Below are positions 1-13,146 of a stretch of DNA of 64,000 nt, piece by piece. The translations under genes and the position numbers were made by a program. Source of the stretch: Acanthaster planci (taxonomy: Eukaryota); NCBI RefSeq assembly GCF_001949145.1, contig NW_019091361.1, positions 3,125,854 to 3,189,853 on the forward strand, written 5' to 3'. Within the stretch, counting starts at the first letter, position 1. Each line of letters opens with the position of its first letter. The notes beneath the pieces were generated by a model, which worked only from the letters and a program-made list of their open reading frames with translations, had not been told where the DNA came from and made no database searches.

Positions 1-702
1 CTGACATTTCAGAAAGCAGCCGTATTTTGCAATGGCTTGAATTCAGATTTTCCACTGGCTTGTTAACCATCAAGTCCATTCTTTCGCTCTCGTTATATGA
101 GTGTTTTAGGACCATACCTGGATGTGTTCAGGCCGGGTTATTTGAGCGGCCAGTGTATACGCGCGCTAATTAAAGCGCGTGATGATTAAAGCATCACATA
201 ACGGAGAGAATGGACATTAGCATAAAATGTTTATACTGCGGTATTATCGCATAAATGATGGGCTCTGTCGTGTATTTTCCACGACATTTGCACAGTGTCA
301 TTACGGCTTGAGTTATATTCCTCTATGGGTTATTAATCATCCCCCGTTGCAGCAGATAGGCCTACCGGTATATCGCTTCTTAAAAGAAAATTACCTCACG
401 GGACTATTTTCGGCGCTGGTTTTCCAGTAATGATTGCCTACTTTAATTAAGTTTACTGTGATTGGCTCTTTATTCTGTTCATTTTGAGCATACATCAGAA
501 CTTGTGCTTTGTTTTAGTGTTTATTATTGCTCCATTTTAAGGTTTATAAAATCATGTTTTATCATTTTTACCCGCTCAGCAGTATTCCATTCATGCATTT
601 TTGTCTTGTAGTTGAACTAACCCTTGGAACCCTACATTATCATAATGTGCCCCCCCAAATTGCCCGTTCACTTTTCACTGGACTTTTACCTGCTTGCGAC
701 CT

Positions 703-862
703 GCCTGGTTCATACTTCAGGCGAATGCGAAAACGAAGTAAATGTGACGTAACGAACAATTTGCAACTTGTTCAAGTTTTACGAATTCGCAACTCAAATA
801 TTTGATCTGACGTCACAAATTCGTGTTCGTGTTCGCTTTTGCGTGAAGTATGAACCGACCTT
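703..862. mobile_element. MITE (non-autonomous DNA transposon) with about 25-bp TIRs
   Basis: Left GGTTCATACTTCAGGCGAATGCGAA versus reverse complement of right end GGTTCATACTTCACGCAAAAGCGAA. A related copy is at 8315-8482. Confidence 0.75.
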
Positions 863-1979
863 AACACCTATTTTTCTGAAGCCCGCGGGGAGATTTCGGC
901 AAACGTGAGATTACGAATTACTGGGTTGCTTATAGCTTATCCATATAGCTTATAGCTTTTATGTTACGTTTGACGCTTGTCCCCTTGGAATCATACCAAA
1001 ACTTAGGCCTCTCCGTGAGCAGGGTCACTACTCTGCAGTCCGTTTGCCGGCCGTTGTATGCAATAAGCCTAAAGTGTGGTCAGGGTGTCGGACTTTATAA
1101 TTCTCCATGCACTGACCAGCCAGTTGGGGATGCCCAACTCCTTCCCAATCGACAAAAAGCATTAAGTTGTTTGGAATCAAAATAACCCCCATTCCGACCA
1201 GCAGCATGGAAAGTTTGTTTTTACAGGCTATTTGAATTCGACCTTCTCTGAGATGTTGTGTGAGGTGTCTTTCCACAAAACTGGTACCCGACGACCACTA
1301 TGTACCGGTAATATTGTGCGGTGCCAAGTTGGTTAAAGTCTTACCTATACCGGTAACCGTTCCATATTGTCTTATAGTACTCTTTGAACTCCACAGAGTT
1401 AAAATTCATTCCGGCTACAAATACCCTCCGATTGAAACAAGGGGTAGCACGAAATAGGTTGAAATTTATACTCACTCGATCGCGAAAGAGTAGATCAACA
1501 TTTCCCTCGAATTTCCTCTGGAATAGGTCCTATTTTTAAAAAATCAATCTGAATGTATAATACAGTCTTGTCCCTAGTTTCACTCTTTGGGATTAAGTGA
1601 GTACCGCTTGGTGATTCTCCATGCTTTTCCCAAGCAGCTATTTTCTCTAAAGCCTCGCCATACAATGCTTCGTCTGTTATCACCGAAGATCAATCCAGGG
1701 GAAATTCGTACCCCAGCGATTTTCATTTCGTACCAGTTGGCCCGTGAACCTTGCCTTATTTTGAGACTGAATTGAAATTTCTTCATTTTCCACTTTCCCT
1801 CAGCTCTGTCCCACGGCAGAGTGATCGCCAACTAATCTCATGTTTCCTGTCTTCCCCCCCCCCCCATGCACAGATAAAACCAGCCGTTTACTCAGAGAGG
1901 GAATTCCATCCTGTGTTGAGGCGGGCAGGCTATGACCATTTTCTCTTTGTTTTTTGATGGAAACCGCTGCCAGGAAAGG

Positions 1980-2841
1980 CCTAGATTTTCGTTACGAGTG
2001 GCCGTCTCCCAGACTACCTGACGCTGACGTGAATCCGAAATAAGTTGAGAGGGAAGCGGGGCACCGAGGAGTGGGCCCCGGTTGCCGTCTGTCGCCGTGA
2101 CTCGTGCCGGTGCGGAGGAAACAACAACAGAGCCATCCAGATTTCAGTCAGCCAGCGAAGATAGCGGAGGCTTCTTCAGATTTTTCGCCGCTCACATAAT
2201 CTGGCCGTTGTTTTTGACTCTGCAACAAGGCAGACCAGCCGGGGAGCATTGCAGTGGCGTTTCGCAAATATCGTCGGCAGTTTCGATTAAGGTTTTGTCC
2301 CACGTGGATTTGGATCGGACACCAACTGTGTATTTTGCGTATTTTTGTAGCGGTTCGCTGGGAATTATCAATCCAGGAACATCATCAGCCGCGAGCGACG
2401 AGATTCAACGACGGAGCGAGATTTGGAGTGCCCGCTGCGGGATACGTAAAGGTGTCGTTGGTACACGTACCGCAAAGCGGCTACAGATCGCGGGAATCCA
2501 CCGTAGCCCTCGTTGGCGTATTTATATTTCTCCGCGATTTCGCGAGAAATGGCTCGAAAAATCTCGCGTTATTAAAACAAGTGGAAAATGTCAACAAATC
2601 ACCGGGAGGTAACATTCTCAGCGGCGGGGAAGCCACAGTCTCAATGTAGCGTGGAGCTGTTAAAAACAGCGCTCTTGGCCTCTCCGGAATCGAGTTTTTT
2701 GTCTTCCAGCGCCTTCAAGCCAAACAGACAATTGGAAACGACCAATTAAACGGCACGGGCCGACAACTGATTTTTGGCGCGAACATAATGAAATGGAGGT
2801 TGGACTGATATGCACGGTGCAGACCCACCCAGATTGTCGGC
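1980..2841 (+). promoter_or_regulatory. Putative CpG-rich promoter / 5' UTR of the SK gene
   Basis: CpG-dense stretch directly upstream of exon 1, with CRE-like TGACG half sites near 2019-2031 and an initiator-like TCAGTC near 2144. The TSS cannot be fixed from sequence. Confidence 0.4.
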
Positions 2842-3684
2842 ATGGCAGTGGTAATGGTATCGCCAGCCAATGAGCAATCATGCATAGATTCGACGGAGCA
2901 GTTGCTCTGTCAGACAGAGGAGACGACGGCAGCGTGCGCGGGCGTGCTGGCGCCCTCATCTGGCAATCGCACCGATCCCACCGCTACCGCCGACAAAGAC
3001 AATCAACAACAGCTGCATGAGGCTGCCGGCTCGACCATGGATTACCATGGCCGTGGAGGAGGTTGGGAGCCACTCTGCAGTCACCACGCTGCTGAAGAGT
3101 ACGAACTACAGGCTCGGGATGGGTCCGGATCTACACCGGACTCACCCCAAACAACCGCTCATACAGGATTACTGGAGAAGGCAGACAAAGATGACACACA
3201 TGACAGCGCATCCAAAGAAGAGTTATTCTTTATTGGCGGGAGCACTGGCGGAAAACAACCCCACAGAGGACAGAGTAGTGCCTCCAGTTCCGGACGGCGA
3301 CCCGCACAAAAACGGAGACATCTGGCCGAGCCGTCAAGTGACAATCGCTTCGTCAACCTGGCCCACCGGTCGGCTCTCGTGAACGGTACCATCCCCCGGT
3401 TCACGCCGCTTCAGCTCCACCGATCGGAGCGGTCTTGGGCCCGTTCCTCGGTGGCAGACATGAAAGGCAACGGATCCGCCGAGGGATCGAGCCGTAAAAG
3501 CAGTGGTGGTGGTGGGAAGAAGAAAACCCACTACAGTCACGCCAACACGGGCTACAGACTGGGCTTACGGAGATCTCTATTCGAAAGACGGAAACAACTC
3601 AGTGATTATGCCCTGGTTATTGCTATGTTTGGGATTGTTGTCATGATCGTGGAAACGGAGCTTTCGTGGTTCTTTTACAGCAAG
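2842..3684 (+). CDS. KCNN: SK channel coding exon 1 (long low-complexity N-terminus, helix preceding S1, S1)
   Basis: ORF ends ...[47 protein letters not shown] then donor AAG|gtaatg at 3685. In-frame TGA at 2806 lies upstream of ATG 2842. The 3' part is certain; the start codon is less so. Confidence 0.88.
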
Positions 3685-6600
3685 GTAATGTACCATTTCG
3701 TTTGTCAACCAAATCTTAAGTACCCTTTATTGTAATTTATTAAATGTATCCATCAATGGAAAATGATGCACGTTGCAAATCCGCTCATATCTTGTCGTTT
3801 TTAAAGGCTAAAGCAAACACATTCTAGTTGAAATCCCCAATTATGATGGTCGAGATGGTTTGTGGTGGATCTCTGACTGACTATCTTCGAATGCAAAATG
3901 CTCATGCTTGCTTATTGCTGTGATCATGGAGCTGCAACGCCATTCTGTAATTGACCTGTATTGTGCTGCAATAATGCAAATCAATGCAAATCTGTATCAA
4001 AAATATATCTCGTTTCCCAGGGGTTAAAAGGACCCCCACGGATGATCACTCATCGAAGATCGTTATCTTCAGGCTTTTCCGTCTCGGCGGATCAGAATGG
4101 GTCACTCTCAACATGAAGACTAAAGCAATAAAACATGACAGTCTTAACGTCTAATCTTCTTCCAGTTCTTGATATTCACATACGCAAAGTCGTGGGGAGA
4201 AAACGTCTGTATGGTTTTTTAACATGTTCATGTCAGCATCGTGGATTTACAGCCACGGTAGAGGGATGCAATCCCGCCAGCGTCGATGATGTTCACAGAA
4301 TACCCACGCCATCAAATGTCATTGTCATGCCCTGTAAATAGTGCGCACTGTATACCTGTGCACTGCAATGGCTAAACATGGCGATGAATGCAGCGTATTT
4401 GAACAACTGTTCCAAATCACCGCTGTTCGATGCGTGCTCGACCAGCGGCCGTCACGCAACCAATTACAATTAACATCATGTGTAATTGAACTTGGAAGTC
4501 GAAAACAGACCAACAACATCTCATTACACATGCAGCCTCTGCTGCATGTATTGTCTGCCCCGTATTGATACATGCAGTGAGTTCGAAGTCAGAGTGTCTC
4601 CCCAGTGTCATAAGGCAACAACGTTCCCTTTGCCCCATTACATCAGTCGAGTCCCGCGACTCACTGCAGTGTCGGGGGGGGGGAATGGCCATGATTGTAT
4701 GCGATATGCAGGCACACTGAGTGTGCGTAATAATATTTTCCATCTGTAGGTACTGTGATATTGCATATGTGTCATTAGAACCTCCCTCACATTGGGCAGC
4801 GGGATAGAGAATGCCACACATTCCTTCACGTTGTCGTGGCATCACAGACTAGGAATACGATTGGATATTGCCTCTGGGACGCTAAAGGATGTATGCCTGA
4901 ATGAAACGGCAGAAATTAATATAATTGTTACCCTGCACAGATTCCAAGCTAGACCAAGGATTCCCTACCCAAACAAACACGTCCTTGAGGTTACGATTGA
5001 TCACGGTACTGGCGAACATAATAGTGAAAATAGGCTTTCACTTCCCCCATCGCGCATCGTCACTGTACTGTTTCTTTGGATGCTTGGTTAATATATGCGT
5101 GATCTGTGGACCATGCCATCGTATACACGAGGCATTACACAAACACAGTGGGGCCAGTACACTGTGGTATTGTATACCTCGGTGTGTTCACTTGCTTGTT
5201 TACATTTTATATTACATGTCTGTAAATTTCTCAAGCTTGCACCCAGCAACCAGACAAAGTACTGTTTAGCTGGCATGCGAAGAGTATTTTCCATGGCTGT
5301 AATGTCAGAACGATGTGATGTCATTTTATGAGAGGCCCTCGGGTGCTTGGCATAGCTCATTACAGCTATCTTCAGTAGATAGCAACACACTAATGGCATA
5401 TCCCACAGCCTACACTTGCTCGTGTACCGGGCAGGTTAGATCATGATTCCATCTCCATGGTTAGATTGATGGACAGCGTTTGCGGTTTGAAGGAGCAAAT
5501 ATATAAAGTGCAAAAGCCCTCAAGTCATGATAAAAGAGAGGATCAGTGTTTATGTAAATAGGGCAAATCATTATCGATAACAAAGTTTGGTTATAGAATT
5601 AGCGCCGTTGACAAATTCTCCACGAAGTTCTGTGATATTACTCTGCAGTACTGATCGTCATTTCTGACTGAAAGGATGATGCCTGGCGACAGTGTAGGCC
5701 TGAGCACTGAACGCATGTGGGCTGTCATGAGAACAAAAACGCGCACGTTCATGTATTTAGCGTACAACTACAATCATCATAGATGTACAAATTTCTCACA
5801 TTTACTCCGCTTTCCGATCCACTAAGGGCATTCCTGCAGATTTCTAAAACACAAGGGTTCAATGCCCCAGTAAACGGTGACGGACATTTTTAGTACTTTT
5901 TACACTGCAGTAGCAGCGGCTATAAAGGCACCCAATCTTCACTCAGTAGACGGCTGACATGTTCAGCTAATGATCTCAACTTCCACGAGGCCACAACATG
6001 GAAAAGAAAAACTAGTACTTTAAACGGAACAAAATGTCTTCGATGTCTGAGGAACATCTAAATTTCACTGACAGAAAACAACAGTGTATTAGTTACTGTA
6101 CTATGATCATGAAAAAGGAGGTCATTGTGTGTCTTCATTGATGCAAGTAAATGCTATCTGAAATCCTAACAGCCTAATCACTCTGAACATCTACAAGGAA
6201 ACTATGGACGTATCTCCTCCAGGCCTGTTTTGAATAATTTTGCAATACATCATGTAGTGTATTTTACAATGTATGTGGATGCTGACCTATCTTTAGTTTA
6301 TTTCTATTGAAAAGTTTGTACTTCGCACTCGGACACTTACGCGTGGAATCTGAGCATTAAAATATTGTTATTAATGCTTTAATTACCATTATCACGCTAT
6401 TAAATTGATATTTTCCACAATTTACACGATACAAGACCTCACCCCCATATAGTGTGACTCTGTTTATTCTGTGTTTATCGTGTATTGCTCTTTGTGAACC
6501 CTGGCTGCCGTTCCAGGTCACTTCTGGTCCGTTGCAAATCAGACAAACGCTTCGCTGAGGCTTATGTCAGCTACTCAGGAATAACAACAGGCGCTCTCGA

Positions 6601-8314
6601 AGCCTAACCCACTCAGGGAAAAAAGCCCCAAATGAACAGTTGTTTTAAAAACAAATTTAAGATGGCGCCCAAAAGGATCATTTTGCAGGGTCGGTAATGC
6701 AAATGGTGTGGCTCGTTGCTGTTAATCAGTTGTTTTTATAAGTACCAACCCGCAGATTTAAAGACGACAAACACTCAGTCTCAATTCACTGTACATGCAC
6801 ATAATGAACCCCAACGTGCACTGTAGCACCTACCAGCAAAAGTCATGTGCGTCATCTTTTGACCTTTACCCTTTCCAGTGTCATGCAACGCAGATAATTC
6901 GAGCACCAAATGCTGTCGTAATCCTGTGTGTAGACCAATGTGGATGAAAGGATATTTATTGCATCTTTTCACAAAAGTACATCAGTGCTAGAGATGTAAA
7001 TTGTAATATTGAGTCTTGATAGAGAGCGTGCCTTGATAATAGACACAGCGTGTTGCGCAACACACTTGTCTTCGAATTTCACTTGATTTAAAATCGCGAA
7101 GGACTCATGAGGTCAGCTTTGTGGCCAAATTTATCACCCCAAGACTTGATTATCTAATTTAATCAAATGATTTAAATGATTTTGTCTGAACTGTACGATA
7201 GCATTTTATTTATCTCACCAACTGTTGTTACAGTATACGCAACAATAATTATGCAGATTTATTAATACAGTTGTATATCAATTTACATGTTCTTGCATCT
7301 TAAAAAGCCGCAGCCACAGGCGATATAACGAGTTCATGGGCCTATTTCCAAAGAAAGGCTTTCGCCAGTATGCAATCTGTATATTGTTTTCTAGTTGATT
7401 TCCGGAGGTTATACCCAGTACAATCATGCAGCATCTGTTTTGAGCTTTCACTTTTTAAGTGTAGAAGCGTTTGTCGTTTCACTTCATTTTTGCCGTCGCC
7501 TGCCGGATGCAAAATGCTTCTCACGTACGTTATCAACATTAATTGAAGTGTTACATATCACCTGTTGGAATGTCTGTCGAAAATCAGTTTCCATGGTATC
7601 ATAGCAAGACCTGAAACTCGTGGGTCTACACACCTGCACAGGGCACCAAAATGAAGGTTCATATAATATTTCATAGATATGTAATTTAAAGGTGATCTTT
7701 TGGGTGCGATAAGTTTGAAGAAAAAATCAGGGCCGAATTATGAGACCATATAGACACAGAATACATGTACACTATACGGCCTATGGAAATCTTTGGGGCC
7801 CAACAGAAAATTGAGGGTCTCCAAAATGTTCACTGTGCGCCATATAGAGGAACACGTTCCCTGTGAAATTATTGGGGAAAACCTTATTTCTTTTTCACGT
7901 CTCTGGCGTTTAACGGCTTAAACCACATGCACCACCTACCATCAGTTCTTGTTTATGACAGATTCACTTTTCTAAAAGGCAAATCCAAATTTTCTACAAC
8001 TGTTGCGGAAATATGGTGGATACTTTTCCACTTTCACTAGCTGGTGTTGACTTAGCTATACAGTCCTACTTGTTTATACATTTTACGCGAAGGGTTTGCC
8101 GTTCCGGATCATACAATTTCAACAAGCTTTTTATTTCTAATAGAGCTACCAGTTTTGGTCCTGGTTGTTTTTATAGTTCGGCTTTAATATGAACAACATG
8201 AAATTCGCGCGTGTATTTCGCACTCTGTCTGTAAATATTTTGCTGGTACCAAGAGAGTTACCCTCAGAACCCTTGCGCCTTTTGCTGACTTACACCGAAC
8301 AAAGTAAATTGTAA

Positions 8315-8482
8315 AGGCCGGTTCACAAACACATCGATCACAAACGGGAATTTGTGACGTCAGATCAAATCTTTACGCTACGAATTTGCAAAAATCGAAC
8401 ACATTTCAACTCGAGCGAGATTTTGCTGCGAATCTTTTGTGATGTCAAATTCGCTTCACTTTTACGTTCGCCTGTACAGTGA
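8315..8482. mobile_element. Diverged copy of the 703-862 MITE, opposite orientation
   Basis: Shares GAATTTGTGACGTCAGATCAAAT and flanking similarity with the reverse complement of 703-862. Confidence 0.65.
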
Positions 8483-11400
8483 GTAGAGCACTCTTATTTG
8501 GCCCACAGGCGGCCAAAGTTTGCAGAAAAATCATCATTTAGTTCGTGCTTAGGTTTACCTCAATTTGATTCAAAATGTACTTGAAAGAGGTTTGTATTTT
8601 TGTTAAGTATCGATATTCAGAAATACGTGTATTATCTGGTTTTTCGCTAGCTGCGTGGGATTTTTAGCACAATTATTTTTATTCGAAGGCCAGCCATAGT
8701 TTTAGCACTCACATGTAGGAAAACACAACCGAGACGTAAAGAGAACACGCCCTATATTTTCGGCGATTCTGACCGGTATGTACAGAAGATGAAAAAATGG
8801 AACGTCAATTTTCTGGGGACATCTTGTTAGTCCATTCTGTAAGTCGCAGGATCAGCGGCGTAGGCGACTACGTTTTGACTGTGCGCTGTTGAAGCACTTT
8901 CCAGTCATCAGCTCTGGCTCTCCCTTCCCTCCGCTGAGTTGGGAAGCATAACAATCCATGTGAGCAGCACTATTTTGAATGATCAAAGGGGACCTGTGCC
9001 GGTCAAACTGCTGTGCAAGCCTAAATAATGGCCCACACGGTCACTCAGATTAAACTTTTACTGGTCACACGAAAGCAAATTGACGATCTCTGGTATTGCT
9101 GCCGAACATTGGGTTCAAGTTGAAGTGTAGGCCTACGGTGAGCATTGGAGTTCGCGTCTTAAATATTCTTCGGCATTGAATGTTTGCACTCTCTGACGAT
9201 ATCTGCCTTAAATATTCGTGCCACTTTGTGGCGAGGTGAATAGTTACATCAACCCTGGGATCCGTACTCCAGCGTTGCTGGCGAATTCTGCTTAGGTAAA
9301 CCTGATTTCATTAGCATATGGAACAAGTATAGGCTACACACCGTTCCCCTCTGGTACAAATATTGCTTCTTGAATGAAATAAAACATTTAATTGCTGCAG
9401 CAATAGGGGTAACGCTGCTGACATTTCATACGTAAATGTACATGTATCATACACCATCAGTGTTCGTTGCACCGGTCCACATACAGTGTTAATTGTACAC
9501 CATTCATGTTCTCATGCAGCCTGTCCTGCAGATGGATACTTTGCCTGAAAGAAACTGACCAAAACATGTCAAGTGATATCCATCTGAAACATCGCCACAC
9601 TGTCATTTTCATATACACGGTGTGCTGTGAAAACGGAAACGTGGCCCGCAGAAAATATGCCAGATCAATTTTGTTCCTGCCTGCGAACGGGCATGAAAGT
9701 GAACCGTCAGGGTTACGTGACGTCAACCAGGTCCAGCCTTTTTCACCCACGCACTGAGTGCAAACAGGGCGTCTTTGTGTTCTTGGCTGAGCTGCGCTTG
9801 TCGCAAAGCATTTCAGACACTATCCCCATTCTGTTATGCCTTCTTTGTTCCTTTATTTACTTTGTTATCGCCACTTTTTCTTGTAGCCTGGAAGCGGAAT
9901 GTCCTCCCAGTTTGAATTACGGTTCAACTATCATAAAAAAGTTCATGGAAAACTTTTCATATTGTGATCCTAGTCACATCCCTGCTTATTTAGTTGGGCC
10001 GTCTACCTCCGTGTCATGGCGGCGTTGGAAAAAGTGACAGTAACACATACGCCTTATAATGGAAGCCACAGGCTAACGGCTGCAGCTCAGCTACTTCTCA
10101 TAGATGCGTATGCAATAACCTGCCGTAGCCAAGAAAATCGGACACAGAGTCTTATCAGTTCACTGCTTGTGATCACGAATGCACTTCCATAATACGCAAT
10201 GCGCGTTGGATCATTACTTCACCGGAACCGATAAAGCTCTACATTGGAAATGAAGTATGGTGTAGGCCTATGCGATGCACGCTTACCATACGTTATCAGG
10301 CTGGGTCACTGAATTGGTCGCCGACTTGCCATTTGGATGAATAAAACATGTTTCAGTTGAAATCGCGAATAGCGCCAGGCAAAAGACAGGCCATCGCAAA
10401 CAAGTACACTTCCGAAACCTGCCGAAAAGACGGATGCACACATTAATGATGCGGAGCAAACTTTTAAATGTCAGAGATGTACTTTAATCCCCTTGTTGAC
10501 TGTTTTAAGAGAGAACTGAAATATTCATAAAGGTCAGGCAATTAAAAGAGTTCCGGAGACAATATACATGTAACTCCAATAATGATGGTATTAAGAGAAA
10601 GACTCAGCCTTTAAAGTGGATGTCTGGATGCGTGTCCAGTATAAGGGGGGGGGGCAGTTTCCACTGGCTTGTTACTGTTTGGTTCTTGGAACTGAGAGCT
10701 ATTTTGATTGGAAGGCTCTGTGAACATGCTTTACTGACTGATGGGTGTTACAAACCCAAGAAATTGACACTCCAGCGTTCCTTGAATCTGCCTTGATTGA
10801 AGGACCTCATTTCAGTGACTGACGTTAATTTTGTTTCATCTTTCATGTTTGTCTTGTCGCTGGTCATTGTCAAATCGCTGCCCTGTAATAATAAAAAAAA
10901 TTACTCACTAGCCAGGAACATAGGACTTTTTGGACCCTGGGTCACTAGCTTAAAGGGATTTAAAAGACGCTAATGACCCAGGGAGAAGAAGCTGTGTGCA
11001 GTTTAGGGACCATGATGGTTTTTGTGGAGAAGCATTTTCGCTCGGCCACTGTGTTGAGGGGTCTCTGCACACTGGAGACAATTATGTTTGAGGAAAACGG
11101 CAGGCGGAGAAAACATGATGAATATGGCATGTACGGTCTGGCTGGTGTTTGAAGGCCTCCAGTGTGCAGCGGCTCGGAAAAAGGACGACTGGAAATGAGA
11201 AGGAGGCTAGGAACGCAATGAGCGCAAAGTGTGGTGTGTGGGTGGCGGGGAAGTCAGAAATAAAATCCAGCATTCGCTCAGACAGAAATGGAATTGGGGA
11301 AGAAAGTGGTTTATCAAGAGGTGATGGCGTCCATTATATAAAGGCCGTTCACTGTCCGCTCAACTTGTTCCGTGGAGTGATGAGCGAGCGAGGCATAGTG

Positions 11401-12407
11401 GTTGGAGTCTTGGCCAATGGTTTGTCCCTCTTTCCCGACGCACCTTGACACCGTTCAAGCGTGGTCGACAGATAATTATCTCAGAATCCCCGGCGCTGGG
11501 CTCGCCATCTCCGGTGAAATCATTCGTGCCGTATGGAGGGGCCATCCCTGCGCTGGCACGTTGATTCGTGTTGGGCGCACTCTCAGGCACCTGTGGATGG
11601 ATTGGCACTCGTCCGCCAAAATGTCACCCGCGAGCACGCCCGATCTGACGAGTCTGTTCCCCTCCTCCGCCGGTTCATTTCGGCCGCTAGCACGTATACT
11701 CCCAAAATAATCAGAAGTTAAACAAAGGCTGAAGAAGTTTGCACACGGGGCCACGGCATGAGCCAAAATTGTTTTATAATTTTTTTCAATTGTTATATCC
11801 GTGTCGCATTACCGTGTCTTCCTATCATGCATGTTCCCGTAAAAGCGGCCATTCTTAAGTTATATGATTCAAAAAACTGGAGAGACATTAAACCACGTCC
11901 CGTTGTGTACCTGCTAATATTTGACCCTGTTATACGTTTACTAAGTAGAAAATGTCCATAAACTGCACAAATTGGAACAATGTACAGACTGTGTCTTCCA
12001 TTCCACCGTTGATAATGCTTACATTCTTTTTAAACATCGACATTTTATGGACAAGAGTTGCCTTGTCTTCTTCCTCAGACGAGGATATCATCCACGTAAT
12101 CGGAGTTTGTCATTTCATTTCGCAAAGTAATGCAAATGATATACAGGTGGAATTTGGGCGAGACGTCCTTTTTTTTTCCTTCTTGGTTAAGTTTCTTAGT
12201 TGCCCCCGTGCACACCCATGACGCAGTCTGTCAAAATATAATGTATAGAAATAAAAATCACACCGATCTGAGGGTCTGTTTCGGAATACGATGTCGACCG
12301 GAAACAAAATTGCTCAGTTTGCAACCAAAGTAACTACAGGAACTGCCGAAGTGACACGTTACAGTGTTGGGCAGAAGACCACAATCATATTTAAACTCGT
12401 AATTATA

Positions 12408-12574
12408 AATTTATTTATTGATGGTGGCCATGTGAGGAAGATGAGGAAAGTGTCAGTATTGGGAGGAAAACCTGAGATTGATATTCCATTGGAACCCAAG
12501 GAATCACATGGGAACCTAAAACCCAGTCAACATGTCAGCTACGACGAAATTTGAAACCGGGTTGCAGGTGGAAG
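12408..12574 (-). mobile_element. Degraded tRNA-derived SINE-like relic
   Basis: Minus strand has a B-box-like CCCGGTTTCAAAT near the 5' end, a GGTTTTCCTCC core typical of metazoan SINEs, and an (AAAT)n tail at about 12408-12419. Confidence 0.45.
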
Positions 12575-13111
12575 CCCGGCCGGGCGTCACATAAAAAAAG
12601 TCTGGACTCGCGATGGCCTTTATGAGCCAACGTAGGTCATTGAAGCCCAGGGTGTGGCCATCTTAGTTCTAACCGTGCCGAATACATATGTAATACATGT
12701 CCTACGGCTTCCTCGCCGTTGTTTACCAAATCGTTTGTGCATCGCACACAGGCCAACAATCACCTTCTGTACGCGCCATATCTTGCTTCAAATATATTTT
12801 TGGCTTCAGTGGCGTACAAAGTTTGATGAGTTCGTCAGTGTGGTAATTTTGTTTTGCAATTGCAAACATTCTCTTGCGTCTGTTTAGTCCGCAGTAATGA
12901 CCCTCCGGACTACCATATGAATAGGCCGCCCAATTATCGATTCTTTGGCGTCCGGATTTAGAGACCAGATGGTTTGTTAGTGCGCTTTGTTTGAGGGTTG
13001 AATTGACCATTGTGAAAATCGTCCTTCGCTCTATGCCCAAGGCACAAATGCCATTCATCGAAATATTTTGGGGCCAGAGATTTCTTCTTAGTGGACGTGT
13101 ATACACGCTGT

Positions 13112-13146
13112 CAACCAACCAATCAACCAACCAACCAACCAACCAA
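13112..13146. repeat. (AACC)n microsatellite
   Basis: caaccaaccaatcaaccaaccaaccaaccaaccaa. Confidence 0.9.

Noticed and set aside
2082..2649. ORFs of 176 and 131 aa upstream of exon 1
   Set aside because: Non-ATG starts, no recognisable domain; expected by chance in a GC-rich promoter/UTR.
3685..3735. ORF continuation [16 protein letters not shown] after YSK
   Set aside because: Read-through into intron 1 past a good donor; SK homology resumes at 15922.
11149..11766. Cluster of overlapping ORFs in a GC-rich intronic patch
   Set aside because: No recognisable protein and no convincing splice pair; may be regulatory, but unsupported.
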